Source: an uncultured Candidatus Rokubacteria bacterium
Lineage (GTDB): Bacteria > Methylomirabilota > Methylomirabilia > Rokubacteriales > DASRDR01
Direction of reading: 5' to 3'
DNA: 64,000 nucleotides
Assembly (NCBI GenBank): GCA_963805625.1
Contig: CAWDVE010000019.1
Span: 1 to 64,000 of the forward strand
The notes under the pieces were generated by a model that did no database searches, was not told where the DNA came from, and saw only the letters and a list, made by a program, of their open reading frames with translations. Shown here in pieces: positions 50,610-60,861 of this stretch (its first letter is position 1; the number at the start of each line of letters is the position of its first letter). Made by a program: the position numbers and the translations under genes.

Positions 50610-51626
50610 GTGGAGATCCTGGAGCGGGACCGCAGCGAGATCGCGTCGCTCATGGAGCGGATCCTCTACGAGGTGAAGCGGATCGTCGTCGGCCAGGATC
50701 ACTTTCTCGAGCGCGTGCTGGTGGCCGTCCTGGCCGAGGGGCACCTGCTCGTGGAGGGCGTGCCGGGCCTGGCCAAGACGCTGACGGTCAAGACGCTCGC
50801 CCAGACCGTCCGCGGCACGTTCCGGAGGATCCAGTTCACGCCGGACCTCGTGCCAGCGGATCTCGTGGGCACGCGGGTCTACAACCAGCGGACCGGCGAG
50901 TTCAGCACATCGCTCGGTCCCGTCTTCACGAACCTCCTCCTCGCCGACGAGATCAACCGGGCCCCGGCGAAGGTGCAGAGTGCGCTGCTCGAGGTGATGC
51001 AGGAGCGCCAGGTCACGATCGCCGGGGAGACCCACCGGGTCGGCGAGCCGTTCGTGGTGATGGCCACCCAGAATCCGATCGAGACCGAAGGGACCTATCC
51101 ACTTCCCGAGGCTCAGGTCGACCGGTTCATGATGAAGGTCCTGGTCGGGTACCCGAGCGAGGAAGAGGAGTTCGTGATCGTCGAGCGGGTGACGGGTCCC
51201 ACGACGACGGTCGCTCCCGTCGCCACCACCGAGCAGCTCGCCCGGATCCAGCGTGAATGCCGGACCGGGTACGTCGATCCGTCGGTCATCCAGTACGCGG
51301 TCCGGCTCGCCGCCGTGACACGGAACCTCGCGCGGTACGGCCTCGGCGACCTCGCGCGGTACGTGTCGTACGGCGCCAGCCCCCGGGCCTCCATTCACCT
51401 GATCGAGGGTGCCCGCGCGCTCGGGTTCCTCCGGGGTCGCGCCTACGTCCTGCCCGAAGACGTCACCGACCTCGCGCCCGACGTGCTGCGCCACCGGCTC
51501 GTCCTGTCCTACGAGGCCCTCGCCGACGGGATGACCGCCGATCAGCTGGTCCGGCGGATCCTGCACCACGTGCCGGCTCCCGAGAAGCCGCTGGCGACCC
51601 ATGTCAGAGTCGGCGCGCCATCCTGA
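50610..51626 (+). CDS. moxR: MoxR AAA+ ATPase
   Basis: GVPGLAKT, RIQFTPDL, DEINRAPAK, GTYPLPEAQVDRF; GGAGGA RBS. Confidence 0.95.
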   Translation: MEILERDRSEIASLMERILYEVKRIVVGQDHFLERVLVAVLAEGHLLVEGVPGLAKTLTVKTLAQTVRGTFRRIQFTPDLVPADLVGTRVYNQRTGEFSTSLGPVFTNLLLADEINRAPAKVQSALLEVMQERQVTIAGETHRVGEPFVVMATQNPIETEGTYPLPEAQVDRFMMKVLVGYPSEEEEFVIVERVTGPTTTVAPVATTEQLARIQRECRTGYVDPSVIQYAVRLAAVTRNLARYGLGDLARYVSYGASPRASIHLIEGARALGFLRGRAYVLPEDVTDLAPDVLRHRLVLSYEALADGMTADQLVRRILHHVPAPEKPLATHVRVGAPS

Positions 51627-52557
51627 AGAGCTGCTGCGCCGGCTCGAGTGGACGGTGATCAGGCGCCTGGATGGGCTCTTGCAGGGCGACTACCGGACCC
51701 TGTTTCGCGGCGCCGGGCTCGACCTGGCGGACCTGCGCGAGTACCAGTATCACGACGACGTCCGGCACATCGACTGGAACGTGACGGCGCGCCTCGGGAC
51801 GCCCTACGTGCGGGAGTACCACGAGGACCGCGAGATCACCGCGTGGTTCCTGCTCGACGTGACGGCATCGATGGACTTCGGCTCGCGGGGCGCACCCAAG
51901 CGGTCCTCGTCGGCCGAGCTCGTCGGCGTGCTAGCCCGCCTGCTGACGCGCCACGGCAACCGCGTGGGGGCCCTGCTCTATGACGGCCGTCCGCAAGGGG
52001 GGATTGCCGTCATCCCCGCGCGGAGCAGTCGGCGCCATGTGCTCCACCTTCTGCACCGGCTGCTCACCCGCCCGGCCGCAACACGCCCGGCCGTCACGAG
52101 GCTGGTGGACCTGCTCAGCCTGGCTGCCCAGCTCGTCCGGCGCCGGGCCCTCGTCTTCGTCGTCTCCGACTTCATCAGCGCGCCAGGCTGGACGGCGCCC
52201 CTCGGCCACCTCGCGCAGCGCCACGACGTGGTGGCCGTGCGGCTCCTCGACCCCCTGGAGGTCGAGCTCCCGGATCTGGGGCTCCTCGTGGTGCAGGACG
52301 CCGAGACCGGGGAGCAGCTGCTCGTGGACACCCACGACCGAGCGTTCCGCCAACGCTTCGCGGCCGCCGCCGCGCGGCGGGACGCGGCCCTTCGCGCGGC
52401 CTTCGGCGAGGCCGGCGTGGACGCTCTCGAGCTGTCGACCGACGATGACCTGGTCCAGGCCATCCTGAGATTCGCGGACCTCCGCAAGCGGCGCGGCCAG
52501 CTGGCAGCGGCGGGCGGACTGCCGGACCACCTGGAGCCCGCGGGGCGACGCGCATGA
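51601..52557 (+). CDS. DUF58 protein
   Basis: LREYQYHDDVRHIDWNVTAR, VSDF. Confidence 0.93.
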   Translation: MSESARHPEELLRRLEWTVIRRLDGLLQGDYRTLFRGAGLDLADLREYQYHDDVRHIDWNVTARLGTPYVREYHEDREITAWFLLDVTASMDFGSRGAPKRSSSAELVGVLARLLTRHGNRVGALLYDGRPQGGIAVIPARSSRRHVLHLLHRLLTRPAATRPAVTRLVDLLSLAAQLVRRRALVFVVSDFISAPGWTAPLGHLAQRHDVVAVRLLDPLEVELPDLGLLVVQDAETGEQLLVDTHDRAFRQRFAAAAARRDAALRAAFGEAGVDALELSTDDDLVQAILRFADLRKRRGQLAAAGGLPDHLEPAGRRA

Positions 52558-53600
52558 GCTTCATCTGGCCCGACATGCTCTGGCTCTTGCTGACGGTGCC
52601 CGCGCTCGTCGTCGGGTACGTTCTGCTGGTGCGTCGGAGGAAGCGGGCGGCGCTCCGCTACGCGAGCCTCCACCTCGTGCGGGAGGCCCTCGGTCCGGGT
52701 CAGGCCTGGCGGCGCCACCTGCCGCCGCTCCTGTTCCTGCTGGCCCTTGTCTCGATGCTCCTCGCGGTGGCGCGGCCGAGCGCCGTCGTCACCCTGCCCT
52801 CCCACCACGACACGGTCATCCTCGCGATGGACGTCTCCGGCAGCATGCGGACCACCGACGTCCTCCCGAACCGGCTGGTCGCCGCCCAGGCCGCGGCGCG
52901 GGCCTTCGTCGCCGAGCAGCCACGCCGCACCCGGATCGGGGTGGTCGCGTTCGCGGGGACGGCGGCGGTCGTGCAGGCGCCGACCAGCAACCGGGAGGAG
53001 ATCCTCGCCGCGATCGATCGCTTCCAGGTCCAGCGGGCGACCGCCATCGGCAGCGCGATCCTGGTCTCGCTGAAGATCATCTTCCCGGACATCGAGTTCG
53101 ACCTCCGTTCGTCGGACCCGCGGCCCGACGCCGGGCAGCGCGGCGCTCCGCTCGCCTCTGGTGGCGAGCCCAGCCGCCCGCCGTTTCAGCCGGTGCCGCC
53201 CGGATCCCACGAATCCTCCGTCATCATCCTCCTGACAGACGGCCGGACCACCACGGGCCCCGATCCCCTCGAGTCGGCCCGCATGGCTGCCGCGCGCGGC
53301 GTGCGCGTCTTCACGGTCGGGGTGGGCACCAAGGAGGGCGGGACGCTCTCGTATGGGGGCTGGTCGATGCGCGTGAGCCTCGACGAGGACGCGCTCAAGG
53401 CGATCGCCGCCACGACGCACGGCGAGTACTACCACGCGGGCACGGCCGCCGACCTGATGAAGGTCTACCAGCGCCTGAACGCCCGGGTCGTGATGGAGCG
53501 GAAGGACACTGAGATCACGGCGGTGTTCTCGGCGGCGGCGCTGGTCTTCGCGGTCGCCTCGGGGCTCCTGTCCGTCCTCTGGTACCACCGGATCCTGTAG
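52554..53600 (+). CDS. vWA domain membrane protein (BatA-like)
   Basis: DVSGSM MIDAS, TAIG, LLTDG; terminal TM helices. Confidence 0.93.
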   Translation: MSFIWPDMLWLLLTVPALVVGYVLLVRRRKRAALRYASLHLVREALGPGQAWRRHLPPLLFLLALVSMLLAVARPSAVVTLPSHHDTVILAMDVSGSMRTTDVLPNRLVAAQAAARAFVAEQPRRTRIGVVAFAGTAAVVQAPTSNREEILAAIDRFQVQRATAIGSAILVSLKIIFPDIEFDLRSSDPRPDAGQRGAPLASGGEPSRPPFQPVPPGSHESSVIILLTDGRTTTGPDPLESARMAAARGVRVFTVGVGTKEGGTLSYGGWSMRVSLDEDALKAIAATTHGEYYHAGTAADLMKVYQRLNARVVMERKDTEITAVFSAAALVFAVASGLLSVLWYHRIL

Positions 53601-53611
53601 GCGGGCCGGGC

Positions 53612-53775
53612 TCAAAGTCGTCGGGCCGTTTGAAGCCGTACCAGCCCGCGGCGAACCGCACGGCGCGGCGGTAGGCGACTTCCATATAGCCACCGATGAT
53701 GATCGGCATGTGCGGCTTCTGGATTGGCTTGGGGTCCAGGCAGGCGGTCTCGAACTTCACCCACTTGCCTTGAAG
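53612..53775 (-). pseudogene. LLM-class oxidoreductase internal remnant
   Basis: PKPIQKPHMPIIIGG...RRAVRFAAGW. Confidence 0.7.
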
Positions 53776-53831
53776 TCGACCACCGGCTCGGTCCACGTGG
53801 CGTTGAGCGGCCTTGATCGTTGACGGGCCCC

Positions 53832-54035
53832 GAATGGCAACCACATGGCAATCTCCCGGACTCGACCCGGAAGAGAAACACAGCAGGGCCACTTCCGGCC
53901 AAGTCTTGCCCACCGCAGATGTCCGCGGAGTCGTGTGGAGGAAGACAGGATGCCCTCGATCCTCGTACTGGGCCTCGGTCAGAAGACCGTTCAGCGTCTG
54001 AAGGAGCGGCCCCGCCTTAGGGGGCGCACGCTTTC
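53832..54035 (+). repeat. TGGCAACC pair copy 3 plus a degraded copy of the FitA-like gene 5' end
   Basis: GAATGGCAACCACATGGCAATC; MPSILVLGLGQKTVQRLKER at 53950 resembles the gene at 5343. Confidence 0.7.
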
Positions 54036-54136
54036 GGGACTCCTGGTCGGGCTTGCCCGCGGACGAGCTGGATGGCGCCGGCCAGCGTCGCGATCCAGAG
54101 CAGGGGCGCCACCGGCCACCACGCCGTGCTGGAGGC

Positions 54137-55067
54137 TCACCGCGACCGTACCCGTGGCCCGATCTGCGGGACCGGGCGCGCCTGGGCGGCCGCCGCGAAG
54201 ATCTCCATGAACGCGCGGGCGGCGGCGCTCAGCCGGCGTCGCGCGTGGTGGATCAGGTGGAAGTGCCGCACGATCCGGAGGCCGCGGACCCGGAGCGGCC
54301 GCAACCGGCCCGTCGCCCGCTCCCCCTGGATGGCGTAGACGGACACGAACGCCACGCCGAGCCCGGCCAGCACGCCCTGCTTGATCGCCTCGGTGTGCGG
54401 CAGCACCATGCCCGGGCGGTAGGCCACCCCGGCGCCGGCGAGCGCCCGCTCGGTCACCTGGCGGGTCGCCGAGCCAGGCTCCCGCAGCAGAAGCGGTTGG
54501 CCCGCCAGCTCGGCCGGACGGATGTCACGGCGGCGGGCCCACGCATGCGTCGGGCCGACGACGAGCACGAGCTCATCCTCCACGCGGGCCGCCAGGCTCG
54601 CCTCGGCCGGACTCGTCTCGCCGTCGCCGACCACCCCGAGGTCGAGCCCGCCCGCCCGCACCAGCGCCTCGATCTGCGCGGAGTTCCCGAGCTGCAGGGC
54701 CACCTCGATCGCGGGGTAGCGCTGCCGGAAGGCGCCGAGCACCCCGGGCACGACGTAGATCCCCGGGGTCGTGCTCGCCCCGATGGCCAGCGTACCCCGC
54801 TGCAGCCCCTGAAGATCGGCGATGGCGTGCCGGGCGTCCGTGAGCGTGGCGAACAGACGGGTCGCATGGTCCTCGAGGATTCGGCCGGCCTCCGTCAGGT
54901 GGACGACCCGGCCGAGGCGGTCGAAGAGGCGGGCGCCCAGCGCGCCCTCGAGCTCCCGGACGTGCTGGGAGAGGGGCTGGCTGGCTCAGATGGAGCGTCT
55001 CGGCGGCGTGCCGGAAGCTCCGGGCCCGGGCGACGGCCAGGAAGGCTTCGAATTGCCGCAGCGTCAT
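54137..55067 (-). pseudogene. CysL-like LysR regulator with a +1 frameshift
   Basis: MTLRQFEAF HTH; LSQPA/LSQHVRELE is broken in a C4 run at 54973-54976; IGASTTPG, REPGSATR; length 931 = 3n+1. Confidence 0.85.
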
Positions 55068-55210
55068 GGTTCGGGTTTCCCTTATCGAACCGATCTGAAT
55101 ATCCGATTGGACCTTATCGCACTGCCTCGCCGACAGTGCAAGGGCGGGGCGCTCCCGGGTGGGCGTCCCTTCGAGCCCCGGCGCCGCGGCCATCAGCGAG
55201 GAGGTCCACG

Positions 55211-55942
55211 ATGATCTTCCAGCAGTTCCTGTATCCCCAGACCGGGTGCGCCGCCTACGTCTTCGGGTGAGTGAGCCATGGGTCGTCTACGGTCGTAGAC
55301 CCACACGCCGACGACCTCGAGCGCTACCTGGAGTTCGCCGCCCTCAAGGGCACCAAGATCACGCACGTCCTCGACACGCACATCCAGGCGGACCATCGGT
55401 CGGGAGGCCGTGAACTCGCGGCCCGCACGGGCGCCGCCTACTGTCTCCACGAGGCTGCGGACGTGGCGTTCCCGTTCACGCCGCTCGCCGATGGCCAGGA
55501 GCTCGTCTGCGGGAACGTCGTGATCCGCGTGCTCCACACGCCCGGCCATACGCCCGAGAGCCTCTGTCTCGTCGTCACCGACAAGACGCGCGGGCCGGAG
55601 CCGTGGTTCGTGCTAACGGGCGACACGCTCTTCGTCGGCGCCGTCGGGCGGCCGGACCTCTCCGGCGCGGCCGAGGCGAGCGCCCGGGCGCTCCATCGGA
55701 GCCTCCGGCGGCTCCTCACCCTGCCAGACCACACCGAGATCTACCCGACCCACTTCTCGGGCGCCGCGTGCGGGAAGGGGATGAGCGGCAAGCCCATGTC
55801 CACGCTGGCCTTCGAGAAGCGGTTCAACCCGTTCCTGGGGATGGCGGGCGAGGACGAGTTCGTCGCGGCCCTGACGCGAGACCTTCCCCCGATGCCCGCG
55901 GACATGGCGGCCACGCTCCGCGCCAACCAGGGCCGCGCGTGA
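55211..55942 (+). CDS. MBL-fold persulfide dioxygenase-like protein, candidate selenoprotein (TGA at codon 20)
   Basis: GAGG RBS; MIFQQFLYPQTGCAAYVFG-TGA-VSHGSSTVVDP in one frame; THIQADH, TPGHTPES, GDTLF, GRPDL. Confidence 0.8.
55271..55306 (+). promoter_or_regulatory. Bacterial SECIS-like hairpin
   Basis: GTCTAC-GGTC-GTAGAC stem-loop extended by TGG/CCA and GTG/CAC; the G-initiated loop begins 20 nt after the TGA. Confidence 0.7.
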
Positions 55943-56024
55943 CCGGCAGGCCGCCCCGGCGCGGCCGGCCGACCGGCGCGCCGGGGCGGGGCTGCGCCGG
56001 GCCAGGCTCCGCGAGGCGCCCCGG

Positions 56025-57284
56025 GTGAGTTCCGCGGCCGGAGCGGGCGCCATCCGGCTGGGGCTGGGGGCGAACCTCGGCCAGTTCTCGCTCCTCGTCT
56101 TGATCAATGCCTTCGTCGGGGCGATGGTCGGCCTGGAGCGCACCGTGGTCCCGCTCATCGGCGAGCGGGAGTTCGGCCTCACGTCGAAGACCGCGATCGT
56201 CTCGTTCATCGTGAGCTTCGGCGTGACCAAGGCGCTGCTGAACCTGGTGGCGGCCCGCCTGGCGGAGCGGTTCGGGCGGAAGCCGATCCTAGTGGCGGGG
56301 TGGCTGCTCGGCCTTCCGGTGCCCTTCATGATCATGTGGGCGCCGTCCTGGGGCTGGATCGACGCCGCCAACGTCCTGCTCGGCGCGAACCAGGCCTTCG
56401 CGTGGTCCATGACGGTGATCATGAAGGTCGACTTGGTCGGACCGCAGCGGCGGGGGCTCGCCCTCGGCCTCAACGAGTTCGCCGGGTACCTGTCCGTGGC
56501 CCTGTCGGCGTGGGCCACCGGGGAGATCGCCAGCCGCTACTCGCTCCGGCCCGAGCCCTTCTACTACGGCGGGATTGTCGCCGTCCTGGGACTCGGATTG
56601 TCGGCGCTGTTCGTTCGGGAGACGCGCGATCACGTCGCGCTCGAGATCGCGCAGAACGCGCCTCGGCACGGCCCGGTCGGGCCTGCGCTCTCCTTCAAGC
56701 GCGCGTTCGCCGTCACGACCTGGCGCGACCGGAACCTCGCCGCCGCGTGCCAGGCGGGGCTCGTCAACAACCTGAACGACGGGATGTCCTGGGGGATCTA
56801 CCCGCTCTTCTTCGGGAGCTACGGCCTCGGCGTCGCGGCGATCGGCGTCATCAAGGCCGTATACCCGGGAGTCTGGGGCGCGCTGCAGGTCATCACGGGA
56901 CCGCTCAGCGACCGGATCGGCCGCAAGGGGCTGATCGCCGGGGGGATGCTCGTCCAGGCCGGAGGCATCTGGCTCACGGTCCTGATGCCAGCCTATCCGT
57001 CGTGGATCGCGGGCGCCGTCCTCCAGGGGCTCGGGACGGCGATGGTCTACCCGACCCTGCTCGCGGTCATCGGGGACGTCGCGCACCCCTCGTGGCGCGC
57101 GACCAGCTACGGCGTCTACCGATTGTGGCGGGACCTCGGCTATGCGGTGGGTGCGCTTCTTGCGGGACTCATCGCCGACTGGCTGGGCATGGCCGCGGCG
57201 ATCCACGTCGTGGCCATGCTCACCCTACTGTCGGGCCTCGTCGTCCTCGTCCGCATGCGGGAGACCCTGGGCGGTCTTCGGTGA
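56025..57284 (+). CDS. MFS transporter
   Basis: About 12 TM helices; ARLAERFGRK and GPLSDRIGRK motif A; GVYRLWRD. Confidence 0.92.
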   Translation: MSSAAGAGAIRLGLGANLGQFSLLVLINAFVGAMVGLERTVVPLIGEREFGLTSKTAIVSFIVSFGVTKALLNLVAARLAERFGRKPILVAGWLLGLPVPFMIMWAPSWGWIDAANVLLGANQAFAWSMTVIMKVDLVGPQRRGLALGLNEFAGYLSVALSAWATGEIASRYSLRPEPFYYGGIVAVLGLGLSALFVRETRDHVALEIAQNAPRHGPVGPALSFKRAFAVTTWRDRNLAAACQAGLVNNLNDGMSWGIYPLFFGSYGLGVAAIGVIKAVYPGVWGALQVITGPLSDRIGRKGLIAGGMLVQAGGIWLTVLMPAYPSWIAGAVLQGLGTAMVYPTLLAVIGDVAHPSWRATSYGVYRLWRDLGYAVGALLAGLIADWLGMAAAIHVVAMLTLLSGLVVLVRMRETLGGLR

Positions 57285-57374
57285 TGCCGCCCCCTCCGTG
57301 ATGCGGCGGGCCGACGGGTCCATGGACAACGGATCGCGCGTCGATCGCCGACCTGGTCCGGAGCCAGCAGACAC

Positions 57375-57638
57375 ATGACAGATGGCGCCGAGAAGATGAT
57401 CGCCCGCGCCCCACTCCACTACTCGGGGTCGGCCGACGGCTACGCGGAGTACTGGAGTCCGGTCATTCGCCCCCTCGCCCGACGGTTGCTCGATGCGCTG
57501 CCGTGGGATCGAGCAGGCCGGATCCTCGACGTCGGCACGGGGACGGGCGCGCTCATCCCCGACATCCTCGGCCTCGCGCCAACGGCCCGCGTCGTCGGGA
57601 TCGACCCGTTGCGGAACCGGTGTCAAGGTCCGCGGTGA
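57375..57638 (+). pseudogene. Class I SAM methyltransferase N-terminal remnant
   Basis: ILDVGTGTG, VVGID, then truncated. Confidence 0.7.
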
Positions 57639-58441
57639 TGCTCATGCTCGCCTCCTATCTCGCCGAGAACACGCGGCCTACGTATGAGCGCCTCGCGACA
57701 TGGCTCACCGCGCGCCTCGGCGAGCCCGCGTCCCTGCTCGGCGGCGTGGCTTGGGAGGAGCGTGTGGCGATGCTGGACGACGGGCGGGTGCACGTCGCAT
57801 TTATCTGCGGCTGGTCGTACATCCAACGCCACGACCGGCCGGCGCGGCCGGTCGACCTCTTGTGCGCGCCAGTCATGGCCCCGCCCCGGTATGAGGACCG
57901 GCCGATCTACTTCACGGACGTGGTCGTCCGCTACGACAGCCCCCTGTGGTCTTTCGCGGATCTCCGGGGTCAGCGCTACGCGTACAACGACCGCAGCTCG
58001 CACTCCGGCTACAACGTCCCCAGAGATTACCTGCTCCGGGTCGGTGAGACCCGCGGCTACTTCGGTCGCGCGGTCGCCTCGGGGTCTCACCAGACCTCGA
58101 TCCGGATGGTCGAAGCGGGCGAGGTCGACGCCTCGGGGATCGACAGCACGATGCTGGACGTCGAGCGCCAGCGGCGTCCCGACGTGAGCACGACGCTGCG
58201 CACCGTGGCCGTCCTCGGGCCATCGCCGATTCGGCCGATCATCGTGACCCGTGCACTCCCCGAGAATCAGAGAGAGCGGCTCCGCGCCGCACTCCTCACG
58301 ATGCACGAGGATGCCGAGGGTCGCGCGATCCTGGGCGACGGACTGATCGCCCGCTTCGTCCGCGTGCAGGACGCCGACTACGACCCGATCCGCGCGATGG
58401 TCGCCCGGGCGGTCGAGGTCGGCTTCATGGAGCTACGGTGA
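57638..58441 (+). CDS. PhnD-like phosphate/phosphonate-binding protein
   Basis: AFICG, DLRG..AYND..SHSGY, SGSH, IDS, DYDPIR; no signal peptide. Confidence 0.85.
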   Translation: MLMLASYLAENTRPTYERLATWLTARLGEPASLLGGVAWEERVAMLDDGRVHVAFICGWSYIQRHDRPARPVDLLCAPVMAPPRYEDRPIYFTDVVVRYDSPLWSFADLRGQRYAYNDRSSHSGYNVPRDYLLRVGETRGYFGRAVASGSHQTSIRMVEAGEVDASGIDSTMLDVERQRRPDVSTTLRTVAVLGPSPIRPIIVTRALPENQRERLRAALLTMHEDAEGRAILGDGLIARFVRVQDADYDPIRAMVARAVEVGFMELR

Positions 58442-58697
58442 CCCGCGCGGGCCGGACGCCGGCTCATCGGGTCGCGTCCCAGCACCTGAAGGAGATGAAT
58501 CACTCGCTTGAGCCCATGGCACCGCACCTGTCAAGATGTTGGCCGCGTTCATGGGCGAAGAGGAGAGGCTGACGACACTGAACGCGAAGTATATGAACCG
58601 CCATCGGCGGCGTGCCATCGCCTCGTGTCGACGCCCATTGACGCTTCTCGCGCGCCCGGCGTAGAGTCTCGCTACCGTGACACTGGGGGGCTCAGCC

Positions 58698-59718
58698 GTG
58701 ACAAGGCGTGGCCGCGGGCCCGGCAGTCGTCGTCCCTTCTGGTGGTGCGGCGTCGCACTGGTCGCGTTGCTCACCGGCCCGGCGCCGCCCGGTCGAAGCG
58801 CCGTCGCGGCCGAGCGCACTGGATCCGTCAAGATCGGGGCACTGACGCAATCTTGGGGTGCGACACCCGAGATGGTCGGCCTCCGTGACGGGCTGGTGGC
58901 GCTGGGATATCGAGAGGGCGAGCAGTTCGTCATCGGCGTCCGGTTCACGCAAGGGGACATCGCCGCGCTTCCGGCGGCGGCCCACGACCTGGTCCAGTCC
59001 GGGGTGGACCTCATTTTCGCCATCGATGTGACCGCGGCGAGGGCGGCGCAGCTGGCAACCAACCGGATTCCGATCGTCGTCGGCCTCCTTCGTGGGCGAT
59101 CCGGTCGAACTGGGGCTCGTCCAGAGCTACGCTCGGCCCGGCGGCAATATCACCGGTGTCCTCCATGAGGACACCGACTTGAGCGCGAAGCGCCTGGAAA
59201 TCTTCAAGGAGATGCTGTCGGGCCTGAAGCGCGTCCTGTTCCCCTATGATCCAAACGATACGGACGCGGCGGCGGCCGCACGCCTGTACCGCGCCGCCGC
59301 CCGGCAGCTCGGCCTCGTTCTCGTCGAGAAGCCCGTGCGGACCGAGGAGGAGGCGCGGACGACCCTCGCAAAGCTCCGGAAGGGCGAGGTGGATGGGATC
59401 ATCGCCCCGTCGAACCTGTCGCTGAACATTCCCGGCGTCGTCCTGGACGCCACGTCGCAGCGCGCCATCCCGACCATGTTCACCGGAGCGTTCTACGTCG
59501 AGCGCGGCGGGCTGGTCAGCTACGGTCCAGATTTCTACGAATCGGGCCGCCAGGCGGCCCGCCTGATGGACAAGATCGTCAAAGGCGAGAATCCGGGGCG
59601 GATCCCGGTCGAGGCGAACCCGAAGATGGAGCTGGCGATCAACATGAAGGTCGCGAGGGCCCTGAAGCTCACGATCTCGCCAGCGGTCTCGCAGCGCGCC
59701 AACCGGCTCATCGAGTGA
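58698..59718 (+). pseudogene. ABC substrate-binding protein (Trp/Tyr type), frameshifted paralog
   Basis: Similar throughout to 59824-60837; frame changes near 59075-59095 between PIV and VGDPVELG. Confidence 0.8.
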
Positions 59719-59823
59719 TGGCGACGTGGGGAGGCGGACGTCAAGAAGCGACGAGGCGGCGATGCGCGAGACGCTGGGTGCCGTGCGCTGATGCGACCCA
59801 CCGGGATTGAAGCGTGGTAAGGT

Positions 59824-60837
59824 TTGATCGCGGCGTCCGCTAGAGCGCTGCGCCCTCGCTGGCAGTGCGGGCTGGCCCTCCTTTGGCTGTTCGCGGGCAC
59901 CGCCTTCGACGGCCGGAGCGTGGACGCGGCCGAGCGCACGGGACCTGTCAAGATCGGGGCCCTGACGCATTCCTGGGGTGTGACACCCCAGATGGTTGGC
60001 CTCCGGGACGGCCTCCTCGCGCTGGGCTACCGAGAGGGCGAGCAGTTTGTCATCGGCGTCAGGTTCACGCAAGGGGACGCGAGCCTCCTTCCCGAGGCGG
60101 CCCAGGGCCTGATCCAGGACGGGGCAGACATTCTTTTCCCCACGGACGCGAACTCGGCGAGGGCGGCCCAGAAGGCCACGACCCGGGTCCCCATCGTCTT
60201 TGCCGCAGTCGTGGGCGACCCCGTCGAGTTGGGGCTCGTGCGGAGCTTTGCCCGGCCAGGGGGCAACGTCACCGGGGTGACCGACGGCGACCTCGAGCTG
60301 AACCCAAAGCGCCTGGAGATCTTCAAGGACCTGATTCCGGGCTTGAAGCGCGTGCTGCTTTGCTACGATCCAAGCGATCCGCACGCGGCAGCGGCCGCGC
60401 GTGCGTACCGCGACGGGGCCCGTCAACTCGGCGTGGTGCTCGTGGAGAAGCCGGTACGGACCGAGGCGGAGGCGCGAGCGACCCTCGCCAGGCTCCGGAA
60501 GGCCGAGGTCGACGGGATCCTCACCCCGCCGACGACCTCGCTGAACATCCCTGGCGTCGTGCTGGAAGCCACGGCGGAGCGCAGGCTCCCGGCGATGTTC
60601 AACGCCGCGTTCATGGTCGAGCGCGGCGGCCTCGTGAGCTACGGCCCGGACTGGTACGAAACGGGCCGCCAGGCCGCGCGCCTGGTCGACAAGATCGTGA
60701 AAGGTGAGGATCCCGGACAGATCCCGGTGGAGGTGAACCCGAAGGTCGAGCTCGCGATCAACATGAAGACGGCCAAGGCGTTGAGACTCTTGATTCCACC
60801 CAGTGTCCTGCAGCGTGCCAACCGGCTCATCGAATAA
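59824..60837 (+). CDS. ABC substrate-binding protein (Trp/Tyr type)
   Basis: GDPVELGLVRSFARPGGNVTG, GGLVSYGP, INMKTAKAL; start uncertain. Confidence 0.9.
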   Translation: MIAASARALRPRWQCGLALLWLFAGTAFDGRSVDAAERTGPVKIGALTHSWGVTPQMVGLRDGLLALGYREGEQFVIGVRFTQGDASLLPEAAQGLIQDGADILFPTDANSARAAQKATTRVPIVFAAVVGDPVELGLVRSFARPGGNVTGVTDGDLELNPKRLEIFKDLIPGLKRVLLCYDPSDPHAAAAARAYRDGARQLGVVLVEKPVRTEAEARATLARLRKAEVDGILTPPTTSLNIPGVVLEATAERRLPAMFNAAFMVERGGLVSYGPDWYETGRQAARLVDKIVKGEDPGQIPVEVNPKVELAINMKTAKALRLLIPPSVLQRANRLIE

Positions 60838-60861
60838 CGGCCCGGTGGAGAGGAGGATGTG

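Noticed and set aside
55211-55270. 19-aa ORF as an attenuator leader peptide with a separate GTG start at 55271
   Set aside because: The peptide matches the MBL N-terminal strands, is in frame with the downstream part, and the GTG has no convincing RBS. Recoding or a nonsense mutation fits better.
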